Origin: Halarcobacter sp.
GTDB taxonomy: Bacteria > Campylobacterota > Campylobacteria > Campylobacterales > Arcobacteraceae
Direction: 5' to 3'
DNA length: 64,000 nucleotides
NCBI GenBank assembly: GCA_963676565.1
Contig: OY781089.1
Span: 3,200,001 to 3,264,000 of the forward strand
Shown here: one piece after another, positions 30,312 through 40,517 of the stretch
How positions within the stretch are numbered: the stretch's first letter is position 1
How the letters are laid out: each line of letters opens with the position of its first letter
Made by a program: the position numbers and the translations under genes
Notes under the pieces: generated by a model
Databases searched by the model: none
Seen by the model: only the letters and a program-made list of their open reading frames with translations
What the model was told of the DNA's origin: nothing

Positions 30312-32159
30312 CTATTTAAATTCAATCATTTGAATTTGTTTCATTTCATTTTCCAAAACTCTTCCATATTTTTCAAGCTTTTTTTGTTGGCTTGAAATTC
30401 TTGAAACATATGGCTGATTTTCCCTCAAATCTTCACTTAAACTATTTATAGCTTCATTAGCTTCATCAAAGCTATCATAAACACCTTTAATTACTCTATA
30501 ATAACTATTTTGACTTCCTATTGGAAAAGCAAGAACCTCTTCATATAAGTTATTATATTCAAAAAACTTATCTACTCTCATATCATCTTTTAAAAATGTA
30601 ATTAATGTGATTGTATATTTTTTAGAATCTCTATTAAAGAATTCATCTTTTATTTTACTTTTACTATTTTCAAGCTTTGCATAAACACTTGAATAATCAA
30701 ACTCATACTTTTTAGTTTTAACTTGAGTATCATTTTTCTTACTATTATATATCATTTTATTTTTATGGTAAACTTTATATAGTTTTTGATGATTTTTTAT
30801 ATTACTAACTTTTAAATTTTTTAAACTTGTAACATTTAATTCTTCAATTGTCTTTTTTGCATCATCTTTAGTCTCAAACGCTCCATAAATAAGTCTTGCA
30901 TACTCTTTATTATCACCATATTTATATGCTAGTGCTTCGTTTTTAATTTTATTATTTATAAAAGATTGTTCAATTGTAGATTCTTTTAAATTTATTTCAC
31001 CAAAATCAATTGTAAAAAAAGAACTTCCATCATTTAAAAAAACTTCACTTAAAATATTAAACTCTCCATCCTCTTCAACATAAAAAACATCTACAAGTTT
31101 TGATTCTTTTAAAAATTTATTGTTGTTTTCTAATATTTTTGTTTTAGTTGTTTGTTTTTTTATTTTCTTTTTTATAGCTTTAGATTTTTTTTCTTCAACT
31201 TTTGGTTTTTCCTGTTTTACTTTAGCTATTTTTTCTTTTTTGGGTATTTCTTTTTTGGGTATATCTACGATTTTTATTTCATCACTTAATTTTACGTTTA
31301 CTTTTTTTTCTTCTTTTTTATCATTTATCTTTAATTCAACAATTGGATTATTTTCATCTTTAGAAATATTTTTCTTATAAAAACTTTGAAACTTTTCCAT
31401 TTTCATAGAATAAGGTTTATTACTTTTTAAATTATCATTAAACTCTTTAATTGCATTAATTGCTTCTGCTCTAGTTTTATACAAACCATATATAATTCTT
31501 GCTTTATCTTTATTTTTTCCATATAGGTGAGCTAAAGCTTCATCTCCTACGCCATAGGTTTGAAAGAATTTTTCAATACTACTTTGTTTTAAAGAAATAC
31601 TACCTAGTGCTATAGAATAAAATTGAGAATCATCATTTAAAAACTCTTCTTTTAGTTTTTTTGCTTCTTCTGAGTTATTAATAAAAATTGATTTAGAAGA
31701 TTTCTTAATAGGTTTTATTTCTTCTATCTTTTTTTTACTAGTAGTAGCCTTTTTAATATTTTCATTATATTCTGAAAAAAGTTCTTGATGTCTTTTTAAA
31801 TTCGCTGAGTAAGGTTTATTTCTAATTAATCTTGGATCCAAATCTTTTATTGCAGCAGTTGCTTCAGTACCAGTTTTATAAACACCTGAAATAATCCTAG
31901 CAAACTCTTTATTTTCACCAAATTTATAAGCTACAGCATTTGTCATATTAAAAGTTTTAAAATATTCTATTGGATCATATTTACTTAAATCTAAAGTGCA
32001 AATACTAATAGTATAAAACTTTGTATTAGGGTTTAAAAACTCATCCTTTAAACTTATTTGATTAGAAGTTTTATCCTCTACATATACAATGTCATCTTCC
32101 ATTGCAGCATTTAAATTTAGAAAAAGTAAAAAAGATAAAAAGATAATTTTATAAATCAA
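30312..32159 (-). CDS. Secreted protein with four DamX-like SPOR repeats
   Basis: Signal peptide, then four EF.N..S.[FY][YT][TS]I...ARIIYG.Y.T...A..AI...N.PY units. Confidence 0.75.
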   Translation of the reverse strand: MIYKIIFLSFLLFLNLNAAMEDDIVYVEDKTSNQISLKDEFLNPNTKFYTISICTLDLSKYDPIEYFKTFNMTNAVAYKFGENKEFARIISGVYKTGTEATAAIKDLDPRLIRNKPYSANLKRHQELFSEYNENIKKATTSKKKIEEIKPIKKSSKSIFINNSEEAKKLKEEFLNDDSQFYSIALGSISLKQSSIEKFFQTYGVGDEALAHLYGKNKDKARIIYGLYKTRAEAINAIKEFNDNLKSNKPYSMKMEKFQSFYKKNISKDENNPIVELKINDKKEEKKVNVKLSDEIKIVDIPKKEIPKKEKIAKVKQEKPKVEEKKSKAIKKKIKKQTTKTKILENNNKFLKESKLVDVFYVEEDGEFNILSEVFLNDGSSFFTIDFGEINLKESTIEQSFINNKIKNEALAYKYGDNKEYARLIYGAFETKDDAKKTIEELNVTSLKNLKVSNIKNHQKLYKVYHKNKMIYNSKKNDTQVKTKKYEFDYSSVYAKLENSKSKIKDEFFNRDSKKYTITLITFLKDDMRVDKFFEYNNLYEEVLAFPIGSQNSYYRVIKGVYDSFDEANEAINSLSEDLRENQPYVSRISSQQKKLEKYGRVLENEMKQIQMIEFK

Positions 32160-32259
32160 TACGCCCTACTTTTGTTGTTGATATAAGATAGATTTTAGCT
32201 AAATATAATTTAAACAAGAATTTAAAAGCTAATAGAGAGTAAGTAGTGGGAATTTAAAT

Positions 32260-32295
32260 AAAAAAAAGGGACATGCAAAATGCACACCCCTTTTT
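32260..32295 (-). terminator. Intrinsic terminator of the fusA transcript
   Basis: Minus-strand GGGGUGUGCA-UUU-UGCAUGUCCC (three G-U pairs) followed by U8. Confidence 0.8.
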
Positions 32296-32319
32296 ATCTA
32301 AAGAAAAGTTAATCTAATA

Positions 32320-32541
32320 CTATTAGTTCTGACATTTACCGTTTAATTACGAAATCATAGATTTCTATTAAACAAGGTAAATCTCGTTAATCACTAAAGA
32401 AGTGAAGAATTTCACTTCTTTTCTACGCTATTAGTTCAGACATTTGTCGTTTAATTACGAAATCATAGATTTCTATTAAACATGACAAATCTCGTTAATA
32501 GCTATAAAAGCCAAGCAGTTGGCTTTTATTTTACGCTATTA
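32320..32541 (-). repeat. Tandem 108-bp structured repeat (two copies plus 6 nt), candidate ncRNA or 3'UTR element
   Basis: Copies 32320-32427 and 32428-32535 align without gaps, 89/108 identical; 12 of the 19 differences form six compensatory pairs in two hairpins. Confidence 0.9.
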
Positions 32542-34647
32542 ACCATTTCTCTTTTTGATGATTTCGTCAGAAACGTTTTTAGGAACTTCCATGTATTGAT
32601 CAAATAACATAGAATAAGTTGCTCTACCTTGAGACATAGATCTTAAGTCTGTAGAATAACCGAACATTTCAGATAATGGAATTAATGCAGTAACTAATTT
32701 AACACCAGCTCTGTCATCCATTGATTGAACTTGTCCTCTTCTTTTGTTACAGTCACCAATTACATCTCCCATATATTCTTCAGGAGTTTCAATTTCAACT
32801 TTCATCATTGGCTCTAAGATTACAGCTTGCGCAGCTGCAGATCTACAACCTTGTTTGAATCCCATAGAAGCAGCTAATTTAAACGCCATTTCAGATGAGT
32901 CAACGTCGTGGTAAGAACCATCATAAAGTGTAACTTCAATATTAACCATTGGATATCCAGCTAAGATACCACCAGCCATTGCTTCTTCACAACCTTTTTG
33001 TACTGCAGGGATATATTCTTTTGGTACAACCCCACCTTTAATATCATTATTAAATTTGAAATTGTCTTCAGAATCTGCTGGAAGTGGATTGATTTTTAAG
33101 TATACATGACCATATTGACCTTTACCACCAGATTGTTTAGCATATTTGTACTCTTGATCAACAGCATTTTTAATAGTTTCTCTATATGCAACTTGTGGAG
33201 CACCAACTTCAGCTTCAACTTTAAATTCTCTTTTCATTCTATCTACAAGAATTTCAAGGTGTAACTCACCCATTCCTGAAATAATAGTTTGACCAGATTC
33301 TTCATCAGTATTTACTCTAAATGATGGATCTTCTTCAGCTAATTTACCTAATGCGATACCCATTTTCTCTTGGTCAGCTTTTGTTTTTGGCTCAACTGCA
33401 ACAGAGATAACTGGTTCTGGGAACTCCATTCTTTCTAAGATAACTGGATCTTTTTCAGATGCTAAAGTATCTCCTGTAATAGTTGTTTTAAGACCAACAA
33501 CTGCACCGATTTCACCAGCATATAACTCACTTACTTCTTCTCTATTGTTAGAGTGCATTTTAAGTAATCTACCGATTCTTTCTTTTTTCATTTTAGTTGA
33601 GTTCATTACATAAGTACCAGACTGTAATTGTCCTCTATAAACTCTTGTAAATGTTAATTGTCCAACAAATGGGTCAGTCATAATTTTGAATGCTAATGCA
33701 GCCACTTCACCTTCATCAGAAGAAGGAACAATAACAGCTTCACCATCTTGAGTTTCACCTCTAATATCAGCAACTTCTGTTGGAGCTGGTAAATACATTG
33801 CAACAGCATCAAGTAAAGTTTGAACACCTTTATTTTTAAATGCAGTACCACAAGTCATTGGAGTAATAGTCATAGCTAAAGTTGCAGCTTTTAATCCAGC
33901 AACAATCTCTTCTTCAGATAATTCACCCTCTTCAAAATATTTTTCCATTAATTCTTCAGAAGACTCAGCAGCAGCTTCAATCATTTTTTCTCTGTATTCT
34001 TCAGCTTGGTCTTGTAAATCAGCAGGAATATCTTCAACGTGGTAGTTAGAACCCATTGCAGCATCATCATCCCAAACGATAGCTTTCATTTGTACTAAAT
34101 CAACAATACCTTTGAAATCTTCTTCAGCACCAATTGGAATTTGAATTGGAACAGGATTAGCTTTTAATCTTTCCGCAACTTGTTTTTCAACCATAAAGAA
34201 ATCAGCACCAGTTCTGTCCATTTTGTTAACAAAAATCATTCTTGGTACTCTATACTTATTTGCTTGTCTCCAAACAGTTTCAGATTGTGGTTGAACCCCA
34301 CCAACTGAACAGAATACTGCTACAGCACCATCTAAAACCCTCATAGATCTTTCAACTTCAATTGTGAAGTCAACGTGACCTGGAGTGTCAATGATGTTAA
34401 TTTGCAGTTGCTCATTAGTTTTTGGGTGAGGCCAGTGACAAGTTGTCGCAGCAGAAGTAATTGTAATACCTCTTTCTTGCTCTTGCTCCATCCAGTCCAT
34501 TGTAGCAGCACCGTCGTGAACCTCACCAATTTTGTGAGATACACCAGTATAGAATAAAATTCTTTCAGTAGTTGTAGTTTTACCAGCATCGATGTGAGCA
34601 GCGATACCAATATTTCTAACTCTGTTAAGAGGGGTTTTTCTTGCCAT
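32539..34647 (-). CDS. fusA: Elongation factor G
   Basis: [23 protein letters not shown]; 702 aa. Confidence 0.99.
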   Translation of the reverse strand: MARKTPLNRVRNIGIAAHIDAGKTTTTERILFYTGVSHKIGEVHDGAATMDWMEQEQERGITITSAATTCHWPHPKTNEQLQINIIDTPGHVDFTIEVERSMRVLDGAVAVFCSVGGVQPQSETVWRQANKYRVPRMIFVNKMDRTGADFFMVEKQVAERLKANPVPIQIPIGAEEDFKGIVDLVQMKAIVWDDDAAMGSNYHVEDIPADLQDQAEEYREKMIEAAAESSEELMEKYFEEGELSEEEIVAGLKAATLAMTITPMTCGTAFKNKGVQTLLDAVAMYLPAPTEVADIRGETQDGEAVIVPSSDEGEVAALAFKIMTDPFVGQLTFTRVYRGQLQSGTYVMNSTKMKKERIGRLLKMHSNNREEVSELYAGEIGAVVGLKTTITGDTLASEKDPVILERMEFPEPVISVAVEPKTKADQEKMGIALGKLAEEDPSFRVNTDEESGQTIISGMGELHLEILVDRMKREFKVEAEVGAPQVAYRETIKNAVDQEYKYAKQSGGKGQYGHVYLKINPLPADSEDNFKFNNDIKGGVVPKEYIPAVQKGCEEAMAGGILAGYPMVNIEVTLYDGSYHDVDSSEMAFKLAASMGFKQGCRSAAAQAVILEPMMKVEIETPEEYMGDVIGDCNKRRGQVQSMDDRAGVKLVTALIPLSEMFGYSTDLRSMSQGRATYSMLFDQYMEVPKNVSDEIIKKRNG

Positions 34648-34683
34648 CTTAAATTTTCCTTTTAAATTTTTAAATTTTGCGAG

Positions 34684-34689
34684 ATTATA
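34684..34689 (-). promoter_or_regulatory. -10 TATAAT upstream of fusA
   Basis: attata on the plus strand between the rpsG terminator and the fusA SD. Confidence 0.5.
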
Positions 34690-34702
34690 TCTAAAACTAG
34701 AT

Positions 34703-34728
34703 AAAAAAAAAGGGTGTTAGACACCCTT
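34703..34728 (-). terminator. Intrinsic terminator between rpsG and fusA
   Basis: Minus-strand AAGGGUGU-CUA-ACACCC followed by U9. Confidence 0.8.
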
Positions 34729-34759
34729 CCTTATGTGATTGAAAATAATTACAGTTTGA

Positions 34760-35239
<480 letters not shown>

Positions 35240-35243
35240 CTAC

Positions 35244-35618
35244 TTATTTCTTAGGTCTTTTAGTACCATATTTAGATCTTGCAACAGTTCTGTTTGCAAC
35301 ACCAGCTGTATCTAATGCACCTCTTACGATGTGATATTTAACACCAGGTAAATCCTTAACTCTTCCCCCTCTAACTAACACGATAGAGTGTTCTTGAAGG
35401 TTATGACCCTCACCACCGATATATGAGATAACCTCAAAACCTGTAGTTAATCTAACTTTTGCAACTTTTCTTAAAGCCGAGTTTGGTTTCTTTGGAGTAG
35501 TAGTATATACTCTTGTACATACACCTCTTCTTTGTGGACATTTTTCTAATGCAGGTGATTTAGATTTTTTGATCACCTTTTTTCGCTCTTTTCTAACAAG
35601 CTGATTAATAGTAGGCAT
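35244..35618 (-). CDS. rpsL: 30S ribosomal protein S12
   Basis: [29 protein letters not shown]. Confidence 0.99.
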   Translation of the reverse strand: MPTINQLVRKERKKVIKKSKSPALEKCPQRRGVCTRVYTTTPKKPNSALRKVAKVRLTTGFEVISYIGGEGHNLQEHSIVLVRGGRVKDLPGVKYHIVRGALDTAGVANRTVARSKYGTKRPKK

Positions 35619-35638
35619 TCTTTCCCTTTATTTTTTTT

Positions 35639-35810
35639 ATAGAGATCTAGTAAAATTGTTGAATCATTATAGATTCTCTATTTTCGTGGTTTGAGCTTTA
35701 AAGCGGCTCATGCTTCTCGTTACGTCCCAATGACGCCATGACATATGACAAGAGTCATAATCAAAACGATACTACCATTCTAGAGAAACGTTGAGTTGTT
35801 TTCTAAAAAA
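35639..35810 (-). ncRNA. Candidate structured 5' leader of rpsL
   Basis: TATAAT at 35818-35823; several nested hairpins; core 35684-35769 is 38/86 GC in otherwise AT-rich intergenic DNA. Confidence 0.55.
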
Positions 35811-35835
35811 GTTTTGGATTATACTTAATATAAAC

Positions 35836-36600
35836 TTAAATATGACTTAGATTGTCTGTGAAAACTCCTTTTACACCCCAAGAGAAGAGTTCATCTTTTC
35901 TCTTTTCATCATTTACTGTAAATACACAAGTATAAATGCCATGTTCTAATAGTTCTTGAACTAATTCTTCTTCAACAATTTCATCACTACAATGAAAAGC
36001 ATCTATATTATGTTTTAATAAAAATTCCAATAAATAGATTGAATTTACATCTTCACATAAAAAAGCTTTTTTAATATGTTTATATTTTTTATTTAATTGA
36101 ATGATATATTCTGAAACAAAAGATGAAACTATCACACTTTTAGACATCTTACACTCATCTATTATTTTAACAATTTTTTTAACGGCTTTTTTGTGAAAAG
36201 GATTTAATGTTAAATCTTTGATTTCAATATTTACATAAACTTCTTTTTTCTTACAAAAAATTAGAACCTCTTCTAATGTAGAGATTCTTTGTAATTTTAA
36301 ATTTTTATCAAACCATGAAGAAAAATCCAATTGCTTTAATTCTTCAAAAGTAAACTCATCTATATGGGAATCTTTTTTTAAAGGAAATATCTCTTCAACA
36401 TTAGATGTTCTTAAAAGGGTATCATCATGTATTACAACAGCAACTCCATCTTTTGAAAAAGCAACATCAAGTTCAATCATCTTTGTTTTTTTAATTGCTT
36501 TTTTAAAAGCAATCATAGTATTTTCTGGGTAAAGAGAACTAAAACCTCTATGTGCTATTTGGATATCTTGATTATTTTCATAGAAACTAAAACTATTCAT
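35836..36600 (-). CDS. Glycerophosphodiester phosphodiesterase
   Basis: IAHRG, PENT, IELDV, HDDTL, NIEIK, GVFTD. Confidence 0.93.
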   Translation of the reverse strand: MNSFSFYENNQDIQIAHRGFSSLYPENTMIAFKKAIKKTKMIELDVAFSKDGVAVVIHDDTLLRTSNVEEIFPLKKDSHIDEFTFEELKQLDFSSWFDKNLKLQRISTLEEVLIFCKKKEVYVNIEIKDLTLNPFHKKAVKKIVKIIDECKMSKSVIVSSFVSEYIIQLNKKYKHIKKAFLCEDVNSIYLLEFLLKHNIDAFHCSDEIVEEELVQELLEHGIYTCVFTVNDEKRKDELFSWGVKGVFTDNLSHI

Positions 36601-37455
36601 TTATTTCCCTTTTTTTGAAAATATTAAATTAAAAAATGCGATTATTGAAGTGCAAATAATCAATAAAAATGAGATTGAATTTATTATTGGTGTACTTCCA
36701 TCTCTTACTTGAAGATACAAGTTTATTGGTAAAGTTGTATCTGAACCTATTAAAAATAAAGTTGTATTAAAGTTTTCAAAACTCATTAAAAAGGCAACTG
36801 CCCCTGCTCCTATAAGTGCAGGTTTTAAAAAAGGTAAAACTATATAAAAGATAGTTTGAGGCATACTCGCACCTAGATTTAAGGAAGCTTCTTCCAAACA
36901 TACATCAAATTTTTTAAGTCGTGCTGAAACCACAAGTAATACAAAAGTTGTAATAAAAGAAAATTGTCCAATAACTACAAGCCAAAAACTTGGTCTTAAA
37001 ATTTCTAAATCTATTCCAAAGTTATTATCTAAATAAAGTCCTAAATCATTTACTGTAACTAAAAGTGATATACCTAAAATAACACCTGGAATAACTAATG
37101 GGGTTAAAGCTAAAAAATATAAAGCTTGTTTAAATTTAAACTCTTTTCTTTCAAAAATTAAAGCTGCATATGTTCCTACAAGCAAAGAAAATATAGTAAC
37201 AAAAAATGCAGTTTTTAAACTGTTGTAAATACTTGTAAGGTTTTCACTATCATTAAATATCCCTACTCTTTGAGAATTATTAGCAATAAACCAATCTAAA
37301 GTAAATCCATTCCAAGGAAGTGAAGGGAAATTTGAATCATTAAAAGCAAAAACACAAGTTACAACTAAAGGTGCAAATAAAAAAAGAAAAAACAATACTA
37401 CATAAACTCTAAAAGCAATAGTATAAAATGAAGACTTAGGAAGTGTTCTAATCAT
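36601..37455 (-). CDS. ABC permease, PotC-like
   Basis: GFTLDWF, LEEASLNLGA EAA loop, TTLP. Confidence 0.88.
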   Translation of the reverse strand: MIRTLPKSSFYTIAFRVYVVLFFLFLFAPLVVTCVFAFNDSNFPSLPWNGFTLDWFIANNSQRVGIFNDSENLTSIYNSLKTAFFVTIFSLLVGTYAALIFERKEFKFKQALYFLALTPLVIPGVILGISLLVTVNDLGLYLDNNFGIDLEILRPSFWLVVIGQFSFITTFVLLVVSARLKKFDVCLEEASLNLGASMPQTIFYIVLPFLKPALIGAGAVAFLMSFENFNTTLFLIGSDTTLPINLYLQVRDGSTPIINSISFLLIICTSIIAFFNLIFSKKGK

Positions 37456-38315
37456 CTTAAAGCCTTTGAAAGAGATTGTTTACTTAGTTTTAATGCTATA
37501 AAAATAATAAGTGAAGATAAAACCAAAAGTAAAAAGCCAAAGGCAGAACCTTGGTTCCAATTAAAGCTTGAGATAAACTGATTATAGATTTGTTCTGTAA
37601 ACCATAAAGAGTTTTTTCCACCAATTAAATTTGGAGTTAAATAGTTTCCTAAAGTTAGCATAAAAACAACAATTGAACCAGATACAATACCACTTGAAGC
37701 ATAAGGGATAATGATTTTAAAAAAGATTGTAAACTTTGAAGCTCCTAAGTCATAAGCTGCTTCAATATATGAATCATCCATCCCTTCTAAAGCTGACATT
37801 ATAGGAACAACCATAAAAAGCATAGAGGTATAAATTAGTCCCATAATCATGCTAATATCGTTGTATAAAAACTCAATACCTTTTGAAGTTAGACCAAAAT
37901 ATTGTAAAAAGAAATTTATAACTCCACTCTCTCTTAGAAGAATAGTCCAACCATAAACCCGAACCAATTCACTAACCCAAAAAGGAAGAAGCAATAATAT
38001 AGATAAAAAAAGAGCATACCTTTTATCTACTATTTTAGTGATATAAAATGCAACAGGAAAAGTAACTACAAGAGTTAAAAAAGTTACAAATATAGCATAA
38101 GAGGCCGTTCTAATAAAAGTATACCAATAAACTTCATTATTAAAAAACTCTTTATAGTTTGCAAAAGACCAAACTATATCACCCAAATCATCTTCAGTTT
38201 GAAAAGACATAAGTAGAAGTTCAAACTGGGGCATAACTATAAGTAAAAAAAGCCATAACAAAACTGGTAAAAGTAGTAGATATATTCCTAGTTGTACTCT
38301 TGTGTCTTTAAACAT
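37452..38315 (-). CDS. ABC permease, PotB-like
   Basis: PFWVSELVRVYGW, EAAYDLGA, NWNQGSA. Confidence 0.88.
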   Translation of the reverse strand: MFKDTRVQLGIYLLLLPVLLWLFLLIVMPQFELLLMSFQTEDDLGDIVWSFANYKEFFNNEVYWYTFIRTASYAIFVTFLTLVVTFPVAFYITKIVDKRYALFLSILLLLPFWVSELVRVYGWTILLRESGVINFFLQYFGLTSKGIEFLYNDISMIMGLIYTSMLFMVVPIMSALEGMDDSYIEAAYDLGASKFTIFFKIIIPYASSGIVSGSIVVFMLTLGNYLTPNLIGGKNSLWFTEQIYNQFISSFNWNQGSAFGFLLLVLSSLIIFIALKLSKQSLSKALR

Positions 38316-39370
38316 TATTTAAAAACCTTACAATCTTTTTTACTAACCCCTACTTTGATTTTATGCCCTATTTTTATTTGTTTAAACTGTTCATTTTGAG
38401 GTAAGGAAATCATTAACTCTTTATTATTTGGTAAAGTTGCTAATAGTTTAGTATTTGAACCATCAAAAAGTATATTTATAATATCAACTTCAAAACTATT
38501 TATATCTTTTATATCTTCACTTGGATTTATTATAATAGCTTCTGGCCTTATAAATAAAGAGCAAGTATCAGTTACTTCATCAATAAAAATGGAGTGAAAC
38601 TCTAGATCATCACTTTTTACTTTTTCATTTGAAATCTTTGTTGATTCTAAAATATTTGTTTCACCAACAAAAGAGGCTACAAAAGCTGTTTTTGGATTTG
38701 CGTATAGATTTTGAGGAGTATCTATTTGTTCAAATACTCCTTGATTCATAACAGCAACTCTATCACTCATAACTAAAGCTTCAGATTGATCATGGGTGAT
38801 ATAGATAAAAGTTGTTCCAAACTCATCTTGAAGTTTTTTTAGCTCAATTTTCATTGATTCCCTAAGCTTTAAATCTAAAGCTCCTAAAGGCTCATCTAAG
38901 AGTAATATTGATGGTTCTAGTATCAAAGACCTTGCAATTGCAACTCTTTGCTTCTGACCACCTGATAAAGATGAAACATCTTTTTTCTCATATCCACTTA
39001 AATGAACTTTTTCTAAAATCTCTTTAACTTTTTTTTCAATCTCATCTTTTGCTACTTTTCTTCTTTTTAATCCAAATGCAATATTTTCATAAACATTCAT
39101 CATAGGGAAAAGTGCCAAATTTTGAAAAACTAAATTAACGGGTCTTTTATTAGCAGGAATCCCTCTCATTGATTTTTTGTTTATAAAAATCTCACCAGAA
39201 GTTTGTTCTATAAAACCAGAAATCATTCGAAGTAAAGTTGTTTTGCCACAGCCTGAAGGACCTAAAATAGAAAAAAATTCACCTTTTTTTACTTGGAGAT
39301 TAATCTCTTTTACTGCAAGGTGGTCTGCGAATTGTTTCCGCAGACTCCTAATATCTAATATATCCATCAA
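38315..39370 (-). CDS. ABC ATPase, PotA-like with TOBE domain
   Basis: GPSGCGKTT, LSGGQKQR, LLDEPLGALD, THDQSEA. Confidence 0.9.
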   Translation of the reverse strand: MMDILDIRSLRKQFADHLAVKEINLQVKKGEFFSILGPSGCGKTTLLRMISGFIEQTSGEIFINKKSMRGIPANKRPVNLVFQNLALFPMMNVYENIAFGLKRRKVAKDEIEKKVKEILEKVHLSGYEKKDVSSLSGGQKQRVAIARSLILEPSILLLDEPLGALDLKLRESMKIELKKLQDEFGTTFIYITHDQSEALVMSDRVAVMNQGVFEQIDTPQNLYANPKTAFVASFVGETNILESTKISNEKVKSDDLEFHSIFIDEVTDTCSLFIRPEAIIINPSEDIKDINSFEVDIINILFDGSNTKLLATLPNNKELMISLPQNEQFKQIKIGHKIKVGVSKKDCKVFK

Positions 39371-39371
39371 A

Positions 39372-40436
39372 TTATTTTGAAGCTTTAACTTTATCTAAAA
39401 GTTTACCTTCAATAGACTCTAATTTTGCTGGCACTGGTGGATACCAATTAATCTTATCAATATCAGCTTTTGTAAATGATCTTTCAAAATTATCTTTAAT
39501 CTCTTTATCTAAAAATTTATTTGCACCATTTGAAGCAGTTCCATATCCCTCTTTATTTGTGAAATATGCTGCATTTTCTGGCTCTAACATAAAGTTAATC
39601 CAAGCATAAGCACCTTTTATATTTTTAGCTTTTGCAGGAATTGCAAATGTATCAATCCAACCTAAAGCTCCACTTTTTGGTGCAACAAAATCTAAATCAG
39701 GATTTTCTTTATGTAATTTCCATCCACCATTGTCCCATCCCATAGCTACAACAACTTCACCAGATCTTAATAATTCTAATAATGAATCTCCATTTGACCA
39801 ATAGTTTTTAACATAAGGTTTAGCTTTGATTAAATCTCTTGCAACACCATCCATTAATGTTTTATACTCTTTTGCATCTGAATATTTTTCAAATGAATTT
39901 TCCCCTTTTGCAAATGCAACTCCAATTAAAGTTGGTCTTTTTAATCTATAAGAAATTTTTCCTGCATACTCTTTATCTAATAAAGCAGAATAATCTTTAG
40001 CATTTGGTGCTAGTTTTTTATTAACAATTAGACCTGAAGTTCCATAACAAAATGGAACTGCAAAGGAATCACCTTTAACCTTTGTGTTCTTTTTTACAGC
40101 ATCTAACATAGAAGTTACTAAAGCAGAAGTATTTATTTTTGAATAATCTATTGCTTTATAAATTTTGTATTTTTCTTGAACAGATGAAATTCTATCTTGG
40201 CTTGGTTGAGCTACATCAAAACCAGCACCTCTAGTTGCTCTTAATTTAGCAATCATCTCTTCATTATTTGAATAAGTAACTTCAACTTTATAACCTGTTT
40301 TTTTCTCAAACTTCTCAATAAGTTCATTAGGGGCATACCCCTTCCAAGTTAAAATTTTAAGTGTTTCTGCAGCATATGCACAACTTGATAAAGCCGATAG
40401 TGCTAAAGCACAAGATAAAACTAATTGTTTTTTCAT
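39372..40436 (-). CDS. Periplasmic substrate-binding protein, PotD/PotF family
   Basis: Signal peptide, TWKGY, SNNEEM, PKSGALGWIDTFAIP. Confidence 0.88.
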   Translation of the reverse strand: MKKQLVLSCALALSALSSCAYAAETLKILTWKGYAPNELIEKFEKKTGYKVEVTYSNNEEMIAKLRATRGAGFDVAQPSQDRISSVQEKYKIYKAIDYSKINTSALVTSMLDAVKKNTKVKGDSFAVPFCYGTSGLIVNKKLAPNAKDYSALLDKEYAGKISYRLKRPTLIGVAFAKGENSFEKYSDAKEYKTLMDGVARDLIKAKPYVKNYWSNGDSLLELLRSGEVVVAMGWDNGGWKLHKENPDLDFVAPKSGALGWIDTFAIPAKAKNIKGAYAWINFMLEPENAAYFTNKEGYGTASNGANKFLDKEIKDNFERSFTKADIDKINWYPPVPAKLESIEGKLLDKVKASK

Positions 40437-40517
40437 TTTCTTTCCTTAAAAAATATTGGAAATTATTTTACCACTTGGCTATTACGAATTAGTTACAATA
40501 TTTATTATTTTAAGAAG

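Noticed and set aside
32320..32541. 108-bp repeat as a CRISPR array or type III toxin-antitoxin antitoxin
   Set aside because: No unique spacers (the variable part covaries as a stem), no cas genes, and the gene after the terminator is a secreted SPOR-repeat protein, not a ToxN/CptN/TenpN-like RNase.
32320..32607. Small peptides encoded by the repeat (108 nt = 36 codons)
   Set aside because: The ATGs present in one copy are not conserved in the other, and the substitutions follow base pairing, not codon position.
18522..34647. glyQ without adjacent glyS, and fusA without downstream tuf
   Set aside because: Both arrangements are common in Campylobacterota.
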